Shown one piece after another: positions 53,359 to 63,781 of a DNA stretch of 64,000 bases (positions within the stretch are counted from its first letter, which is position 1; every line of letters starts with the position of its first letter). Source of the DNA: Promethearchaeota archaeon (lineage in GTDB: Archaea > Asgardarchaeota > Lokiarchaeia > Sigyniarchaeales > SOKP01). The stretch is from NCBI GenBank assembly GCA_019894975.1, contig JAGXNO010000013.1, positions 10,637 to 74,636 of the forward strand. The letters are read 5' to 3'. The notes under the pieces were generated by a model. It searched no databases, was not told the origin of the DNA, and was given only the letters and a program-made list of their open reading frames with translations. A program made the position numbers and the translations under genes.

Positions 53359-54723
53359 CTACTTTTGAGTTATTTGCTTATAAGCTTTTTCAAATCTTTC
53401 AACAGCAGAGATAATATCTTCTTTTTTTGAACCTATTGCAGCATTCATAACAATATAAGGTGTAGTATATTTTTCACAGCATGTACCAAATGTACTCTCT
53501 TTTGGATTATACACTCGAGGTCCCGTAACTCTTAGATTATATAGTGCTCCACCGATTGCAAATAAATGCTCTTCTTTTAGGTTTTTTAAAGATAATGCTA
53601 CTGCTACAGGATTGTAAATTTCGAGTATCCTCTCTTTAATACTTCTCGCCACAATTGACAATTTTTCTTCAAGTAATTTTCGATTTTGCTGTTGTTCTTC
53701 AATTAATTTTTGATATCCATTAATTCCTAAAGAGAGCATAGATATTAAAAAATTGACAACTGGAGTAGCTGATGCTCGTCCAGCATAAGATTGACTAATT
53801 TTTCTTATATTTTCTTTAATGGGTGAAGCAATTAAAGCCCCTCCAACGGGTGTAAGAAAATTTTTATCGGTTGATTGAATAATCGCATCAACTCTCCCTG
53901 CATCTATTGCTGAACGTATTAGTTTCATCCATTCTGGGCTTTGGACTCCATAAGCATTAATAATTATATGGACAAGATTTTTTTCTTCTGCGATTTTACT
54001 TATTTCTTTTAAATTATCAGGTTCTCGAGGAGGGAAAAAGCTCGTTAGTGATAGTATTGCATAACAATCATCATCTATACTAGGCATTATATCTTCTACT
54101 GGGATCCTGACAGCATCTCCATAAATTTTACCACTTATTATTTTAGGTTTAAGTCCCATTAATTCTATTGATTTTAATATTGATTTATGGTCAATTTGAG
54201 GAACTAATATTGTTCTCTTTATATTTGAGGTGTCATTTTCTTCGGGTCTTAAAGCTGCTAATGTTAATGATAAAGACATCCCTGTACATAATGGGACTAC
54301 TATTGCTTCTTTTATATTTGGCAAGCCAAAGTTCCTTAATATATCTCGAGCTAAATAGTTAGAAATCTCATACATTATAGACCCTCCCGGTGCTTTCGGT
54401 TGTGGGGCCGTAAGAAAACCACTTCTTCCAACCCCATGACAGAATCCTGCTGATGTTTTTAAATGGAGTTTTGATGCGATTCTAGCTTCTCTTTCCCCTA
54501 CTCTTGCAGCATCACTGTCTTTATCGGTATCCATATTTGAAAGTGTTTCTAATAAAAATTCAATTTGCTGATCACTCCATGGGTTTAGCGGAACACTCTT
54601 TTGTTCAAATAATGTTTTAATTGGTCTCATGAAGTTATTAAGAACTATTTGCCCTCTATCTAACATATTCTGAGGTATAGGAGTATTTTTAAAAAATTCA
54701 CTTATTTTATTAAAATCAACCAC
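53359..54723 (-). CDS. spcS: O-phosphoseryl-tRNA(Sec) selenium transferase
   Basis: GEREAR, HGVGRSG...QPKAPG, NAYG, QSTDKNFLTPVGG, YAGRAS. Confidence 0.95.
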   Translation of the reverse strand: MVDFNKISEFFKNTPIPQNMLDRGQIVLNNFMRPIKTLFEQKSVPLNPWSDQQIEFLLETLSNMDTDKDSDAARVGEREARIASKLHLKTSAGFCHGVGRSGFLTAPQPKAPGGSIMYEISNYLARDILRNFGLPNIKEAIVVPLCTGMSLSLTLAALRPEENDTSNIKRTILVPQIDHKSILKSIELMGLKPKIISGKIYGDAVRIPVEDIMPSIDDDCYAILSLTSFFPPREPDNLKEISKIAEEKNLVHIIINAYGVQSPEWMKLIRSAIDAGRVDAIIQSTDKNFLTPVGGALIASPIKENIRKISQSYAGRASATPVVNFLISMLSLGINGYQKLIEEQQQNRKLLEEKLSIVARSIKERILEIYNPVAVALSLKNLKEEHLFAIGGALYNLRVTGPRVYNPKESTFGTCCEKYTTPYIVMNAAIGSKKEDIISAVERFEKAYKQITQK

Positions 54724-54854
54724 TCAAAATCACTTTCAATTGATACATTATAAATAAAATTAATAAGGCATTTTTTCAAATAATTCTTTTGCTATTTTTT
54801 CATAATGGGAAATATAATAGAGGAAAGAAAAAAATTAATTTTATGGGAGGGAAT

Positions 54855-54947
54855 TGGCGGCCCTCGAGGGGAATCGAACCCCTATCCCTTCGCAGGATAA
54901 CTGGGTTTGAAGCCCAGTGTCAGAGACCACTCCAACCGTCAAGGGCC
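54855..54947 (-). tRNA. selC: tRNA-Sec(UCA), 9/4 fold, CCA encoded
   Basis: 9-bp acceptor GGCCCTTGA/TCGAGGGCC, 4-bp T stem, 7-bp D stem, CT-TCA-AA loop, long variable arm. Confidence 0.95.
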
Positions 54948-54953
54948 ATTGAA

Positions 54954-56171
54954 TTAATCAAATACTTCTGATACACTTTTTTGTTGTTCAAAAATTTCGT
55001 TTGCTTTTTCCATATAATTGGGGATATCAATCTGTTGGGGGCATTTATCTAAGCATTCTCCACATTGTATGCATAAAGCTGCTGCTCCTTCAACTTCTTC
55101 GCCATCAACCTTCCTTTTCTCCAGATCTTTTTCTGTTTTTGCCATCCTACCATAAAAAAAAGCAAGTCTAGGTTTACCCCGATCACCCCAATAATAGAGA
55201 TCATTTACCAATCTAAGAACTTGGGGGATACTGACTCCATTAGGACATGGAAGGCAATAACCACAACTGGTACAGGGTATAATGATATACTTACTATAAG
55301 CTTCACGTAATTCTGAAATTGTTTTTAATTCTTCTTCTGTTAAGATATTTATTTCTGAATTTTCTGCAGATTTAACATTTTCTACAACTTGTTGCATATC
55401 ACTCATTCCACTCAATACTACTGAAACTTCTGGATGGTTCCAAACGAATTGTAATGCCCAATCAGGCATACTCCTTTTTTTTTCAGACTTTTCAAGAACC
55501 TGTTTAATTTCAGGTTTTCTATCCAAAACACGGTCAGGAATAGCTAACTTTCCACCTCGAACTGGTTCCATAATTATCAATGCAATACCCTTAGACCCCG
55601 CATATTGTACTCCCTTTGTTCCAGCTTGATAATTTTCATCTAAATAGTTATATTGAATCTGACAGCAATCCCATTTATAGTAATCAATAATTTCCTTAAA
55701 AGTTTCAAAGTTATCATGAAATGAGAAACCGATATGTTTAATTAAGCCTTTTGCTTTAGCTTCTTCTATCTTTTCAATTAGGTTTAAGTTCTTAATTTTC
55801 TCTAATCTATTTTTATTGAGTCCATGAAAAAGATAAATATCAGGATTAGTTTGTAGTCTCTCAATTTGTTCATTGAGATAAGTCTCAAAATCTTCTGTTT
55901 TCTTAATCATCCATAAAGGTGATTTTGTTGCGAGGTGTACTTTCTCACGATAGCCATCTTGCAATGCTTTACCAACAACTACTTCACTTACTCCGTTATG
56001 ATAAGGATATGCTGTGTCAACATAATTAACTCCGTTATCAATTGCATAGCGTATCATCTTTATTGATTCTTCTTCATCTACCTGCATCATTCGATTCGTT
56101 GGAAGTCTCATTGCCCCAAAACCGAGAGCAGAAACGTCCCAATCAAGTGAACCCATCTTTCTATACTTCAT
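54954..56171 (-). CDS. Aldo/keto reductase with C-terminal 4Fe-4S domain
   Basis: LGFGAMRLP, DTAYPY, CTSCGYCLPCP, CIQCGECLDKCP. Confidence 0.9.
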   Translation of the reverse strand: MKYRKMGSLDWDVSALGFGAMRLPTNRMMQVDEEESIKMIRYAIDNGVNYVDTAYPYHNGVSEVVVGKALQDGYREKVHLATKSPLWMIKKTEDFETYLNEQIERLQTNPDIYLFHGLNKNRLEKIKNLNLIEKIEEAKAKGLIKHIGFSFHDNFETFKEIIDYYKWDCCQIQYNYLDENYQAGTKGVQYAGSKGIALIIMEPVRGGKLAIPDRVLDRKPEIKQVLEKSEKKRSMPDWALQFVWNHPEVSVVLSGMSDMQQVVENVKSAENSEINILTEEELKTISELREAYSKYIIIPCTSCGYCLPCPNGVSIPQVLRLVNDLYYWGDRGKPRLAFFYGRMAKTEKDLEKRKVDGEEVEGAAALCIQCGECLDKCPQQIDIPNYMEKANEIFEQQKSVSEVFD

Positions 56172-56398
56172 ATTGCATTCCTTTATTATTTTCTTTATTT
56201 GTAATTCATAAAATTTACAGTTTTAATTGAACTTTATTCTTATTTTTTTTTGAAGAAATGATATTATAATGTCTTATAATTCACCTTCCTTTAAGTAAAC
56301 CTAATTTAAATAGTGGTTTACTAAATTTGAACTGTTTTTCTCTTTATAAATGACTAACAGTTATCTTCTATAAAATCTTAAAAAAATGGGATTATATT

Positions 56399-56551
56399 AT
56401 GAGTAGTGAAACAGAACTATCCAAAGTTCTTAATTTATTTGAGTGTCCATTTTATCCAGCTTGTTCACTTCCGAAAATTAATTTCTTATGTAAAATTCCC
56501 GACTGTAAAACTTGTTCCGAATACAATACTAAATTAGAGAAAATAAAATAA
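56399..56551 (+). CDS. Small Cys-rich protein (50 aa, not in ORF track)
   Basis: MSSETELSKVLNLFECPFYPACSLPKINFLCKIPDCKTCSEYNTKLEKIK. Confidence 0.5.
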   Translation: MSSETELSKVLNLFECPFYPACSLPKINFLCKIPDCKTCSEYNTKLEKIK

Positions 56552-56611
56552 GAAGAATAAGGTCAGTAATAATAACACTTCTCAGTCAAATAAATTAAAC
56601 CATGTGGTAAA

Positions 56612-57298
56612 TCATTGATTTAAATATTGATGTCTTCTTATTATATCATCAAGGGAGGGTCTTTTCGCTTTCCTTGACCCAATTTGAACATTGTAGACAA
56701 GCTCAAGGAAATGTGTGATTAAAAAAGCAGTAGCCCCCCATATAGTATAGGTTTGCTCATTCTCTTCGTTAAAATAGTTGTAATAAAAAACAGGGAATTT
56801 GTCATCAGCCACACTAAACTCTTGCTCTGAGAAATTAATTTTATTGATGAAAAAATCAATTGGGACTTTTAGGATTTTTTGAACTTCTCTCTCCTCTCTT
56901 ATGAGTTCTTGGTTTTTATTTATAAGCCCAAGAAATGGAGTAACAATAAATTTTGAAATAGTTGGAAAATCATTTAAACACCCTATAATTCTAATATGGT
57001 TCCTAGATACACCTATTTCCTCCTCAGTTTCTCTCAAAGCCGTATCCTTTAAAGTTTTATCCTCCCCCGGTTCAAATTTTCCTCCAGGAAAAGATATTTC
57101 TCCCCGATGTCTTGTACCCATATTTGAGCGGTGAATTAAAATAAGTTCATAAGGTTTATTTACATGGGGGATTATTGAGAAAAGAACAGCTGCTTTCGTA
57201 AAGAAACTGTCATTAAGAGATGTTCTTGAAGAAGAATCGCAGGGATAAATTTTCTTTTTTAACGAATTCTCGTTGAAAATTAAGTTTGCTGAATCCAT
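56612..57298 (-). CDS. CoA pyrophosphatase-type Nudix hydrolase (NudL-like)
   Basis: AAVL, HRGEISFPGG, ALRETEEEIG, IWGATA. Confidence 0.9.
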   Translation of the reverse strand: MDSANLIFNENSLKKKIYPCDSSSRTSLNDSFFTKAAVLFSIIPHVNKPYELILIHRSNMGTRHRGEISFPGGKFEPGEDKTLKDTALRETEEEIGVSRNHIRIIGCLNDFPTISKFIVTPFLGLINKNQELIREEREVQKILKVPIDFFINKINFSEQEFSVADDKFPVFYYNYFNEENEQTYTIWGATAFLITHFLELVYNVQIGSRKAKRPSLDDIIRRHQYLNQ

Positions 57299-57382
57299 TT
57301 GTTTTAGAAAAAATTTTAAGATATTGATTATTTGCACAACATAATATTTATTCCTAATAAAGTTTTTACCAAGTGTTTAATT

Positions 57383-57682
57383 ATGAAACTTCCGAAGGAG
57401 ATAAAAGATAAAAGAGATATGGGAGTAACTGCTAAAACTAGAAAATGTTCAGTAAAAGAATGTCAAGAGAATGCCATTCGCTCTCTCCCAGAGAATACCT
57501 GGAAAAAGTATATTGAAAAAGCAGGTTTGAAACTTAAAGACAGTACTAATCGTAGAATATTTTTATGTAAACCCCATTATGCTCAATCTAACAAATTTAA
57601 AAAATCCCTAGAAAAAAAATTTCAGAAGAAAGGATTTCTGGATGATTCACTTGCTCGCAAAAAGGGACAATGGGAGATTTAA
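57383..57682 (+). CDS. Small basic Cys/His protein (start 57383 or 57419)
   Basis: CSVKEC...LCKPHY putative zinc site. Confidence 0.6.
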   Translation: MKLPKEIKDKRDMGVTAKTRKCSVKECQENAIRSLPENTWKKYIEKAGLKLKDSTNRRIFLCKPHYAQSNKFKKSLEKKFQKKGFLDDSLARKKGQWEI

Positions 57683-57853
57683 GGGATTCCAGCCATTTTA
57701 TCATAAAGAATTTTTATTATATTATGTTGTCCTTGAGCTATCCCTATAGTTAGCAAAGAAATTGCAATAATAAGTAATATAATACTCAATATCTTGTTTC
57801 TCATGTTTATCGAATTTAAAAATACTACTTTATAAAATAGTTTTACTAAATCC

Positions 57854-58738
57854 TTATTTTGTTAATTTCTCTAAAGTAGTGATTTTAGTATTAATTTTTT
57901 GTAATCGTAAATCAAACTCTTTATCATTTTCTGTATATTCTTCTTCTGAAATCTCTTTTGAATGAAATTGTCCTTTATTGAGTTTTCGCCCACTCGATAT
58001 CTCTGCTTTTTCTAATTTTAAATCTTGAATCCATAATTTCATTCCTGCGACTAAATCTTCTCTTTCTGTTTCTAGAGTCGACTTTTCTTGTTTATATTTA
58101 TCTCTTAATTTTTCAAAAGTGTCTCTATCCACCTTGTGTAATTTATGTTCACGGCTTAAATTCTCTAGCTGGAAAACCTTGGTTTCAATATCTGTATTTA
58201 TTCTTTGAACAATGAATGGTTCTTCTAAATTTTGTTTAATTACTACTTCTTTTTGCTTCATTTCGCTAATGAGTGTTTTTACTGCTTCAAGCTTTATATT
58301 GACTTCTTTTTTAAAGTCTAGTTCGTATTCATATCTTGAATCCTTAGTTTGTTGTGAAATTTCATTGAGTTTTTCCATAAGAACTTTCTTATTTAATTGG
58401 ATATCATTATATTCGATATAATATACCATTTGTTCTTTAACATCTTCGGGAAGAGGTTTTGCATCTTTTAATTCTTTTGATTTTTTTGATTTCTTTTTAT
58501 CCTGTTCACTATCTTCTACTTCTAGAATGTCTTTATTATCAACTTCCTTTGATATTTCTTCTTTTGGTTTCTCTTCTAATTTCTCTTTTTCCACTTCTTT
58601 CTTAATTTCTTTAATTTTAGGTTCATTCTCTCGTTTTGGGATATCTGCAAGAAGAGGTTTTCCGCAAATAATACAGAATTTATCAGATCCTTTAACTGGA
58701 GAACCACAATAGGGACAAAACTTGGGCATAGGCTTCAC
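57854..58738 (-). CDS. Double zinc-ribbon plus long coiled-coil protein
   Basis: CPYC/CIIC; heptad-rich C-terminus with EISEEEY short-helix motif. Confidence 0.65.
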   Translation of the reverse strand: MKPMPKFCPYCGSPVKGSDKFCIICGKPLLADIPKRENEPKIKEIKKEVEKEKLEEKPKEEISKEVDNKDILEVEDSEQDKKKSKKSKELKDAKPLPEDVKEQMVYYIEYNDIQLNKKVLMEKLNEISQQTKDSRYEYELDFKKEVNIKLEAVKTLISEMKQKEVVIKQNLEEPFIVQRINTDIETKVFQLENLSREHKLHKVDRDTFEKLRDKYKQEKSTLETEREDLVAGMKLWIQDLKLEKAEISSGRKLNKGQFHSKEISEEEYTENDKEFDLRLQKINTKITTLEKLTK

Positions 58739-58835
58739 ATAAGAAATTCTTATTATATTATATTTAAAATGACTTTACTAAATAAAATTAACCGAGTCCG
58801 ATTTTTAAAGATTCAAGGAAATTTATTTTATTAAT

Positions 58836-59636
58836 TTATAATCTTTTTCCATTTAGGTATTGCTCGATCGTAGATTCACGTATTTTTCTGGTATAATTTT
58901 GATTTAAATCTCCCGGGACAAATATGACATCCCCATTTTTTACAGCTTCTAGAGATAAGCGTACGACTTCATTTGACACCATCCAAGATTCCTTAGGAAA
59001 CCAACTACGCTGAAAGCCACGCATCGAGTCTGTATCATGAAACTCCGAGTAGGTGAATCCGGGGCACAGACTTTGTATATATATGTTAGAATTTTTTACC
59101 TTTTCCTGCAGAACTTCGCTAAAGACGGCGAGTGCTGTTTTAGTGCTCGTATACATCACGCTCAAGAAACTCTTATGGACTGCTGCAGTAGAAGAAGTAT
59201 TTATAATAACTCCTCGTTTTCTTTTTACCATAATTGGAAGAGCAGTGTGACAAAACATTACAGCGCTTGTAAAATGAACATTGATCATATCAATGTGTTC
59301 TGTTACATCTATTTGTAGAAACGTATTGTTAATACCATAACCTGCATTGTTTATGAGTACATCAAGATTATCGATTTCTTTGATTTTTGAGATAATTTTA
59401 TGATTATCTTCCAGTTTTGATAAATCTCCAACAATTATTTCTGCTTTTATAAAAAACTTTTTCTGTAATTCTTTACATAATTGTTCCAGTTTCTCTTTTC
59501 TGCGTGCAATTAAAACTAAATCAAAATTTTGAGAAGCTAATTGACTAGCGAATTCAGCTCCTATTCCTGAAGAAGCACCTGTAATTAAAGCCACTCCAGG
59601 ATCTTCCCATTCCATGAAATTTTCTATACTATTCAT
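58836..59636 (-). CDS. Short-chain dehydrogenase/reductase
   Basis: TGASSGIG, NNAG, YTSTK, CPG. Confidence 0.92.
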   Translation of the reverse strand: MNSIENFMEWEDPGVALITGASSGIGAEFASQLASQNFDLVLIARRKEKLEQLCKELQKKFFIKAEIIVGDLSKLEDNHKIISKIKEIDNLDVLINNAGYGINNTFLQIDVTEHIDMINVHFTSAVMFCHTALPIMVKRKRGVIINTSSTAAVHKSFLSVMYTSTKTALAVFSEVLQEKVKNSNIYIQSLCPGFTYSEFHDTDSMRGFQRSWFPKESWMVSNEVVRLSLEAVKNGDVIFVPGDLNQNYTRKIRESTIEQYLNGKRL

Positions 59637-59793
59637 AGATCATTCATCTTTTCACATTATTTTTTAAAAGTTTACAGTTAGGATGAAATAAACCATAATT
59701 AAATTTAGATATTTTCAAATGGAATGCCCAATTAATTTAAAATTCAAAAAATAAGGAATTAATATACTACATCATATACTAATTTAGAAAAAG

Positions 59794-61212
59794 ATGGATA
59801 TTACAACAAAAGTTCCTATACATATTGGGATCTTTGGTCATATCGATTCCGGGAAAACTAAGATTGCAGAAGTCCTTAGCGAAATTATCTCTACAGCAGG
59901 TATTGACGCTCATCCTCAAAGTAAGGAAAGAGGAATTACAATAGATATAGGTTTTACGAGTTTCGTTCTTGACAATTACCTTATTACTCTAGTTGATGGT
60001 CCAGGGCATGCTGATCTTATCAAAATCAGCGCTTCCTCAGTTGAAATCATTGATTATGCTTTAATCGTTATTGATATTAATAAAGGACCTCAAGTACAAA
60101 CGGGAGAACATATTATCATGGTTGAATCACTAGGAATTAAGAAAATAATTGTAATTTTAAATAAAATCGATCTTTTCTCTGGGGATATTGAAGAAGAAAC
60201 AGAAAAGACAAAGAAATTTTTTAATACTACATCTTATGGTTCAAACGTACCAGTTTATGCTGTTTCTGCAAAACTTGAATCTGGATTTAAGGAATTGAAA
60301 AGGGGAATTTTAAAGGTAATAAATTCAATAGACATTAAACGAGATAGTGAAGATGAAATAGTAATCCCTATAGACCATCATTTCCCAATTAAAGGTATGG
60401 GAGCAGTCTTAACAGGGACATTACTAAGTGGTACCTTAAAATTAAATCAAAATTTAGATATTTTACCTATAAATGCTTCTGGACGTGTAAAGAGTATTCA
60501 AATCTTCCATCAAAATGTAGATTCTGCGAAAGCAGGTGACCGAATAGGTATTAATCTAAAAGGTATAGATGTTAATAAAATATATCGCGGTTGTTATGCA
60601 ACAAGTGATCGTGATGCATTTGATTTTTGTGATACTATAGAAGTAGATGTAAATAATCATAAACTTTTTAAATCAAAAACTAATTTTGGAACACAAGTGC
60701 ATGTTACCATTGGAATGCTGACCACTGTAGGAAATCTTTATCCTTATTATGAAGAGGATCAAAAAAAAATTCAAAGTAGTGTTTCAGGTAAGGAGAAAGG
60801 ATTCAAAGCTTTACTGATCTTAAAAGAGAAGGTATTAATTAGAAAGAATAAAATGGTATTACTTATAAGTCGATTAGATTTACCTCCTTCAACTCTTAGA
60901 ATATTAGGATCGGCAAAAATATTAAAAATTCACAGAGATTCTCCTCTTTTTTATAAATATAAAGTTAAAAAAGGTGTAATCAAAAACCCAGAACACTCTC
61001 AAGGCATAATATGTACCGGATTAGCTCAGAGTAGTATTGGAGCTAAAAAAATAGTCGGTAGGAAATTAGAAGTTCCCTTTACAAAAGTTCTAAACACATT
61101 TGGTACTAAAGGTGCTGTAATAATTGGGTATGAAAATAATGAAAAGGAAGTAAAAAAGGGAGATCCGGTTTATCTAAAAGAGTTAAGAAGTTTTCATCTA
61201 AAGAATATTTAA
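59794..61212 (+). CDS. selB: Selenocysteine-specific elongation factor (aSelB/eEFSec type)
   Basis: GHIDSGKT, ERGITIDIGF, DGPGH, NKID, DHHFPIKGMG; C-terminal TFGTKG domain; near tRNA-Sec. Confidence 0.92.
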   Translation: MDITTKVPIHIGIFGHIDSGKTKIAEVLSEIISTAGIDAHPQSKERGITIDIGFTSFVLDNYLITLVDGPGHADLIKISASSVEIIDYALIVIDINKGPQVQTGEHIIMVESLGIKKIIVILNKIDLFSGDIEEETEKTKKFFNTTSYGSNVPVYAVSAKLESGFKELKRGILKVINSIDIKRDSEDEIVIPIDHHFPIKGMGAVLTGTLLSGTLKLNQNLDILPINASGRVKSIQIFHQNVDSAKAGDRIGINLKGIDVNKIYRGCYATSDRDAFDFCDTIEVDVNNHKLFKSKTNFGTQVHVTIGMLTTVGNLYPYYEEDQKKIQSSVSGKEKGFKALLILKEKVLIRKNKMVLLISRLDLPPSTLRILGSAKILKIHRDSPLFYKYKVKKGVIKNPEHSQGIICTGLAQSSIGAKKIVGRKLEVPFTKVLNTFGTKGAVIIGYENNEKEVKKGDPVYLKELRSFHLKNI

Positions 61213-61252
61213 ATTTTAAAAATTCATAATAATAATAATAAAGGTGTGAAAA

Positions 61253-61687
61253 TTGGAAAAAGCTAAAGATTCTGAAATTGAAATCGACCAAGAAATTTTA
61301 GATGAGTTAATGAGAGCTTTAGAACAATTAGAAAGTTCAACGGATTTGGAAGGAACTGCTATTGTTTCAAAAACAGGTTTACGAATTGCTAGTTCAGAAA
61401 CTTCCGAATTTGGCTTAGATATTTATAGTGCAAGTCCAGCAACGTTGATTTCTCTTGGGGAAAAGATTAGTCAAGGTTTGCAGCAAGGTGAGTTAAAAGA
61501 TGTCGTTATCACAGGGGCTACAGGATATACAATTATTCTGGTAGGTGATGCGGACAATGATTTTATGTTATTTACTAATTGTAAAAAGGGATATAAATTA
61601 GGCTATTACTTTCATAAAATAAGGAAATCTTTTAAAGAAATTGAGCCAGTTTTAAAAAAAATCCAAATCAAAAATATGAATTATTAA
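61253..61687 (+). CDS. Roadblock/LC7 domain protein
   Basis: LEGTAIVSKTGLRIAS, GELKDVVITG..GY. Confidence 0.8.
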   Translation: MEKAKDSEIEIDQEILDELMRALEQLESSTDLEGTAIVSKTGLRIASSETSEFGLDIYSASPATLISLGEKISQGLQQGELKDVVITGATGYTIILVGDADNDFMLFTNCKKGYKLGYYFHKIRKSFKEIEPVLKKIQIKNMNY

Positions 61688-61724
61688 GATACTCTTTTTT
61701 AATTAAGTTAAATTTAAAAAAAAT

Positions 61725-63506
61725 CTAACTAAAAACCCACTTAACAATATCTCCATTCTTCAAGTTGTATTTATCAGAACTAACTCCAGGAAAATCACTG
61801 TTAACAGAATATCGCCAGTTCCCTTTCACTCCGTCTATTTCTTCTACAAGGATACCCATTTCACCATAATCTTTATATTCTATTTGACACCCATTTATCA
61901 AAGCGTCAAAAGCAGTTGTATTATAGTCAGTCAACTCAAAGTTTTCTATTGTCTTAACTGTTCCATTCCCATAATCGACAATTAAGGTTAAATTATGGAC
62001 TTCTCTTAAAGGTTTATTTACATCTGCAATCTCTATACTAGTAGTAAATACAAAAAATGAAGCAAAACTCGCAGTAGCCAAAATTGCAATCAAAGCGTAC
62101 TTGTTAAATTTCCTATAATTAGATTTTAACTTTGCAACAAGTAAAGATGCTGATACTAATATTATGCTTAACGAGGTTATAATTATATATGGGAGGAATT
62201 TAAGGAATAAATTATCTGGGGGAGGTATATCTTCTCCAGATGGTTCCCATGGAATATAGTTTTCAAGTGTCATTTCAAGTAAATAACCTGAAACTGAACT
62301 ATTAGCCCAAAGTAATAGCCCTGTATGTTTTTCGTAGATCATATAAGTTCTCTGACCACCACCGATTTGATCAAATGAGATTCTGATAGTTAAGTGTGTT
62401 TCTTCAAAAGAAACTAACCCACTTACAAACCCTGATGCTTCTTCTAATGCCAAATTCTTTACTTTAGTTAAATTATCTATAATCGGTATAAGAAACCCAG
62501 GTTGAAAGTTATTATGCCCCAAAATTAGACTCCAAGAAAGTTCACTACTAGATTTATTTGACAAAGTAAAATTAGTTGATAAAATACCTGAACTATTATC
62601 CAATATCTCGATATCAAACCAAGGAATTGGATCATCGATGACATTACCCCAATCATTAGGATCTTTGTCATAAAAACCTGTTAGATTAAGTTTAATTTGT
62701 CCACCCGCACTTGTTCTCCAATCTCCTTCAAGTCCAAATGTTAAATTGTACCAACTTGTTGCTCCACTAAATTGAATGACATTGTAGATAAACCTATCAT
62801 CCATAGTGAAGTTTAATGATCTAATTTCAAGTAAATAACCAAAAACACTAGTTTTTGCCCATACCAAAAGTCCTGTCCCTTTATCATATATCATATATGT
62901 TTTTTGATTTCCGCCAATTTGATCAAAACCAATATAGAGAAAATTATGAGTTTCTTCCACATTAACTTCCCCTGCAAGATCATATAATCCTCCAGGATCT
63001 GCTTGACCTAAAGCAGAATTTTTTATATATGTTAGATTATCGTTAGGTATCAAAAACCCTGGTTGAAAAACATTATAACCAAGTGTTAGTGCTCTCGAAA
63101 TTTCGCTATTAGACCTATTATTTAAAGTAAAATTTGTAGAAAGTATTCCAAGATTATATTCTAAAATTTCAATGTCTAACCATGGTATTGGATCCTCAAA
63201 CAAATTACCCCAATCATAAGGATCTTTGTCATAAAAACCTGTTAAATTAAGTTTTATTTGGCCCCCTGCATTAGTTTTCCAATTTCCTTCAAATCCGCCT
63301 GCAAAATTATACCAACCAACTTCTGTATTAAATTGAGTTATATTATAAACATAGGTTCCATTTATGTCTAAGTCTTGAGAATATGAGACAGGAATACTGG
63401 AGTCAGCCTTCGCAATTGGAATAGAACTTTGGTATAGAATTTGTATCAATAAAAGTAATCCAATTATAGATAGGGCTTTTTTTGGGTTTTTCATATTTAT
63501 TACCAT
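61725..63506 (-). CDS. Secreted/membrane protein with a tandem ~185-aa repeat and C-terminal DUF4430 (transcobalamin-like) domain
   Basis: Signal peptide, duplicated GGQIKLNLTGFYDKDP.DWGN block, 2 TM, TTAFDAL...VEEIDG...WRYSVN...LKNGD. Confidence 0.75.
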   Translation of the reverse strand: MVINMKNPKKALSIIGLLLLIQILYQSSIPIAKADSSIPVSYSQDLDINGTYVYNITQFNTEVGWYNFAGGFEGNWKTNAGGQIKLNLTGFYDKDPYDWGNLFEDPIPWLDIEILEYNLGILSTNFTLNNRSNSEISRALTLGYNVFQPGFLIPNDNLTYIKNSALGQADPGGLYDLAGEVNVEETHNFLYIGFDQIGGNQKTYMIYDKGTGLLVWAKTSVFGYLLEIRSLNFTMDDRFIYNVIQFSGATSWYNLTFGLEGDWRTSAGGQIKLNLTGFYDKDPNDWGNVIDDPIPWFDIEILDNSSGILSTNFTLSNKSSSELSWSLILGHNNFQPGFLIPIIDNLTKVKNLALEEASGFVSGLVSFEETHLTIRISFDQIGGGQRTYMIYEKHTGLLLWANSSVSGYLLEMTLENYIPWEPSGEDIPPPDNLFLKFLPYIIITSLSIILVSASLLVAKLKSNYRKFNKYALIAILATASFASFFVFTTSIEIADVNKPLREVHNLTLIVDYGNGTVKTIENFELTDYNTTAFDALINGCQIEYKDYGEMGILVEEIDGVKGNWRYSVNSDFPGVSSDKYNLKNGDIVKWVFS

Positions 63507-63521
63507 CGATTTTCTATATTC

Positions 63522-63715
63522 TTGACAAGAATGTAAGGAACTATAGGAAACTTATCCTATAACAAAAAATTCTCCCCCATTTATTAAGATTTCGATTTAC
63601 ATTAATTTTTAAGATCAATTGTCTCACTAAGAGGGTCAAGCTCTGAGTCTTTAAGGTTCAATATTATAATATTATTTGACAGATTTGTTAAGAAATATAG
63701 GAAACATCACCTATA
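63522..63715. promoter_or_regulatory. Two 40-bp imperfect direct repeats, each containing a TATAGG-N8-CCTATA palindrome (operator candidates)
   Basis: TTGACA-N14-TATAGGAAAC-N4-CCTATA at 63522-63561 and 63676-63715, in a divergent intergenic region. Confidence 0.65.
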
Positions 63716-63781
63716 TATTTTTAAAAATTCAAAGATTAATATCTGTAACCTAAAAATATAACCATTTTTAAGAGAATTATA

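Noticed and set aside
54789-54971. 60-aa ORF
   Set aside because: Antisense to tRNA-Sec.
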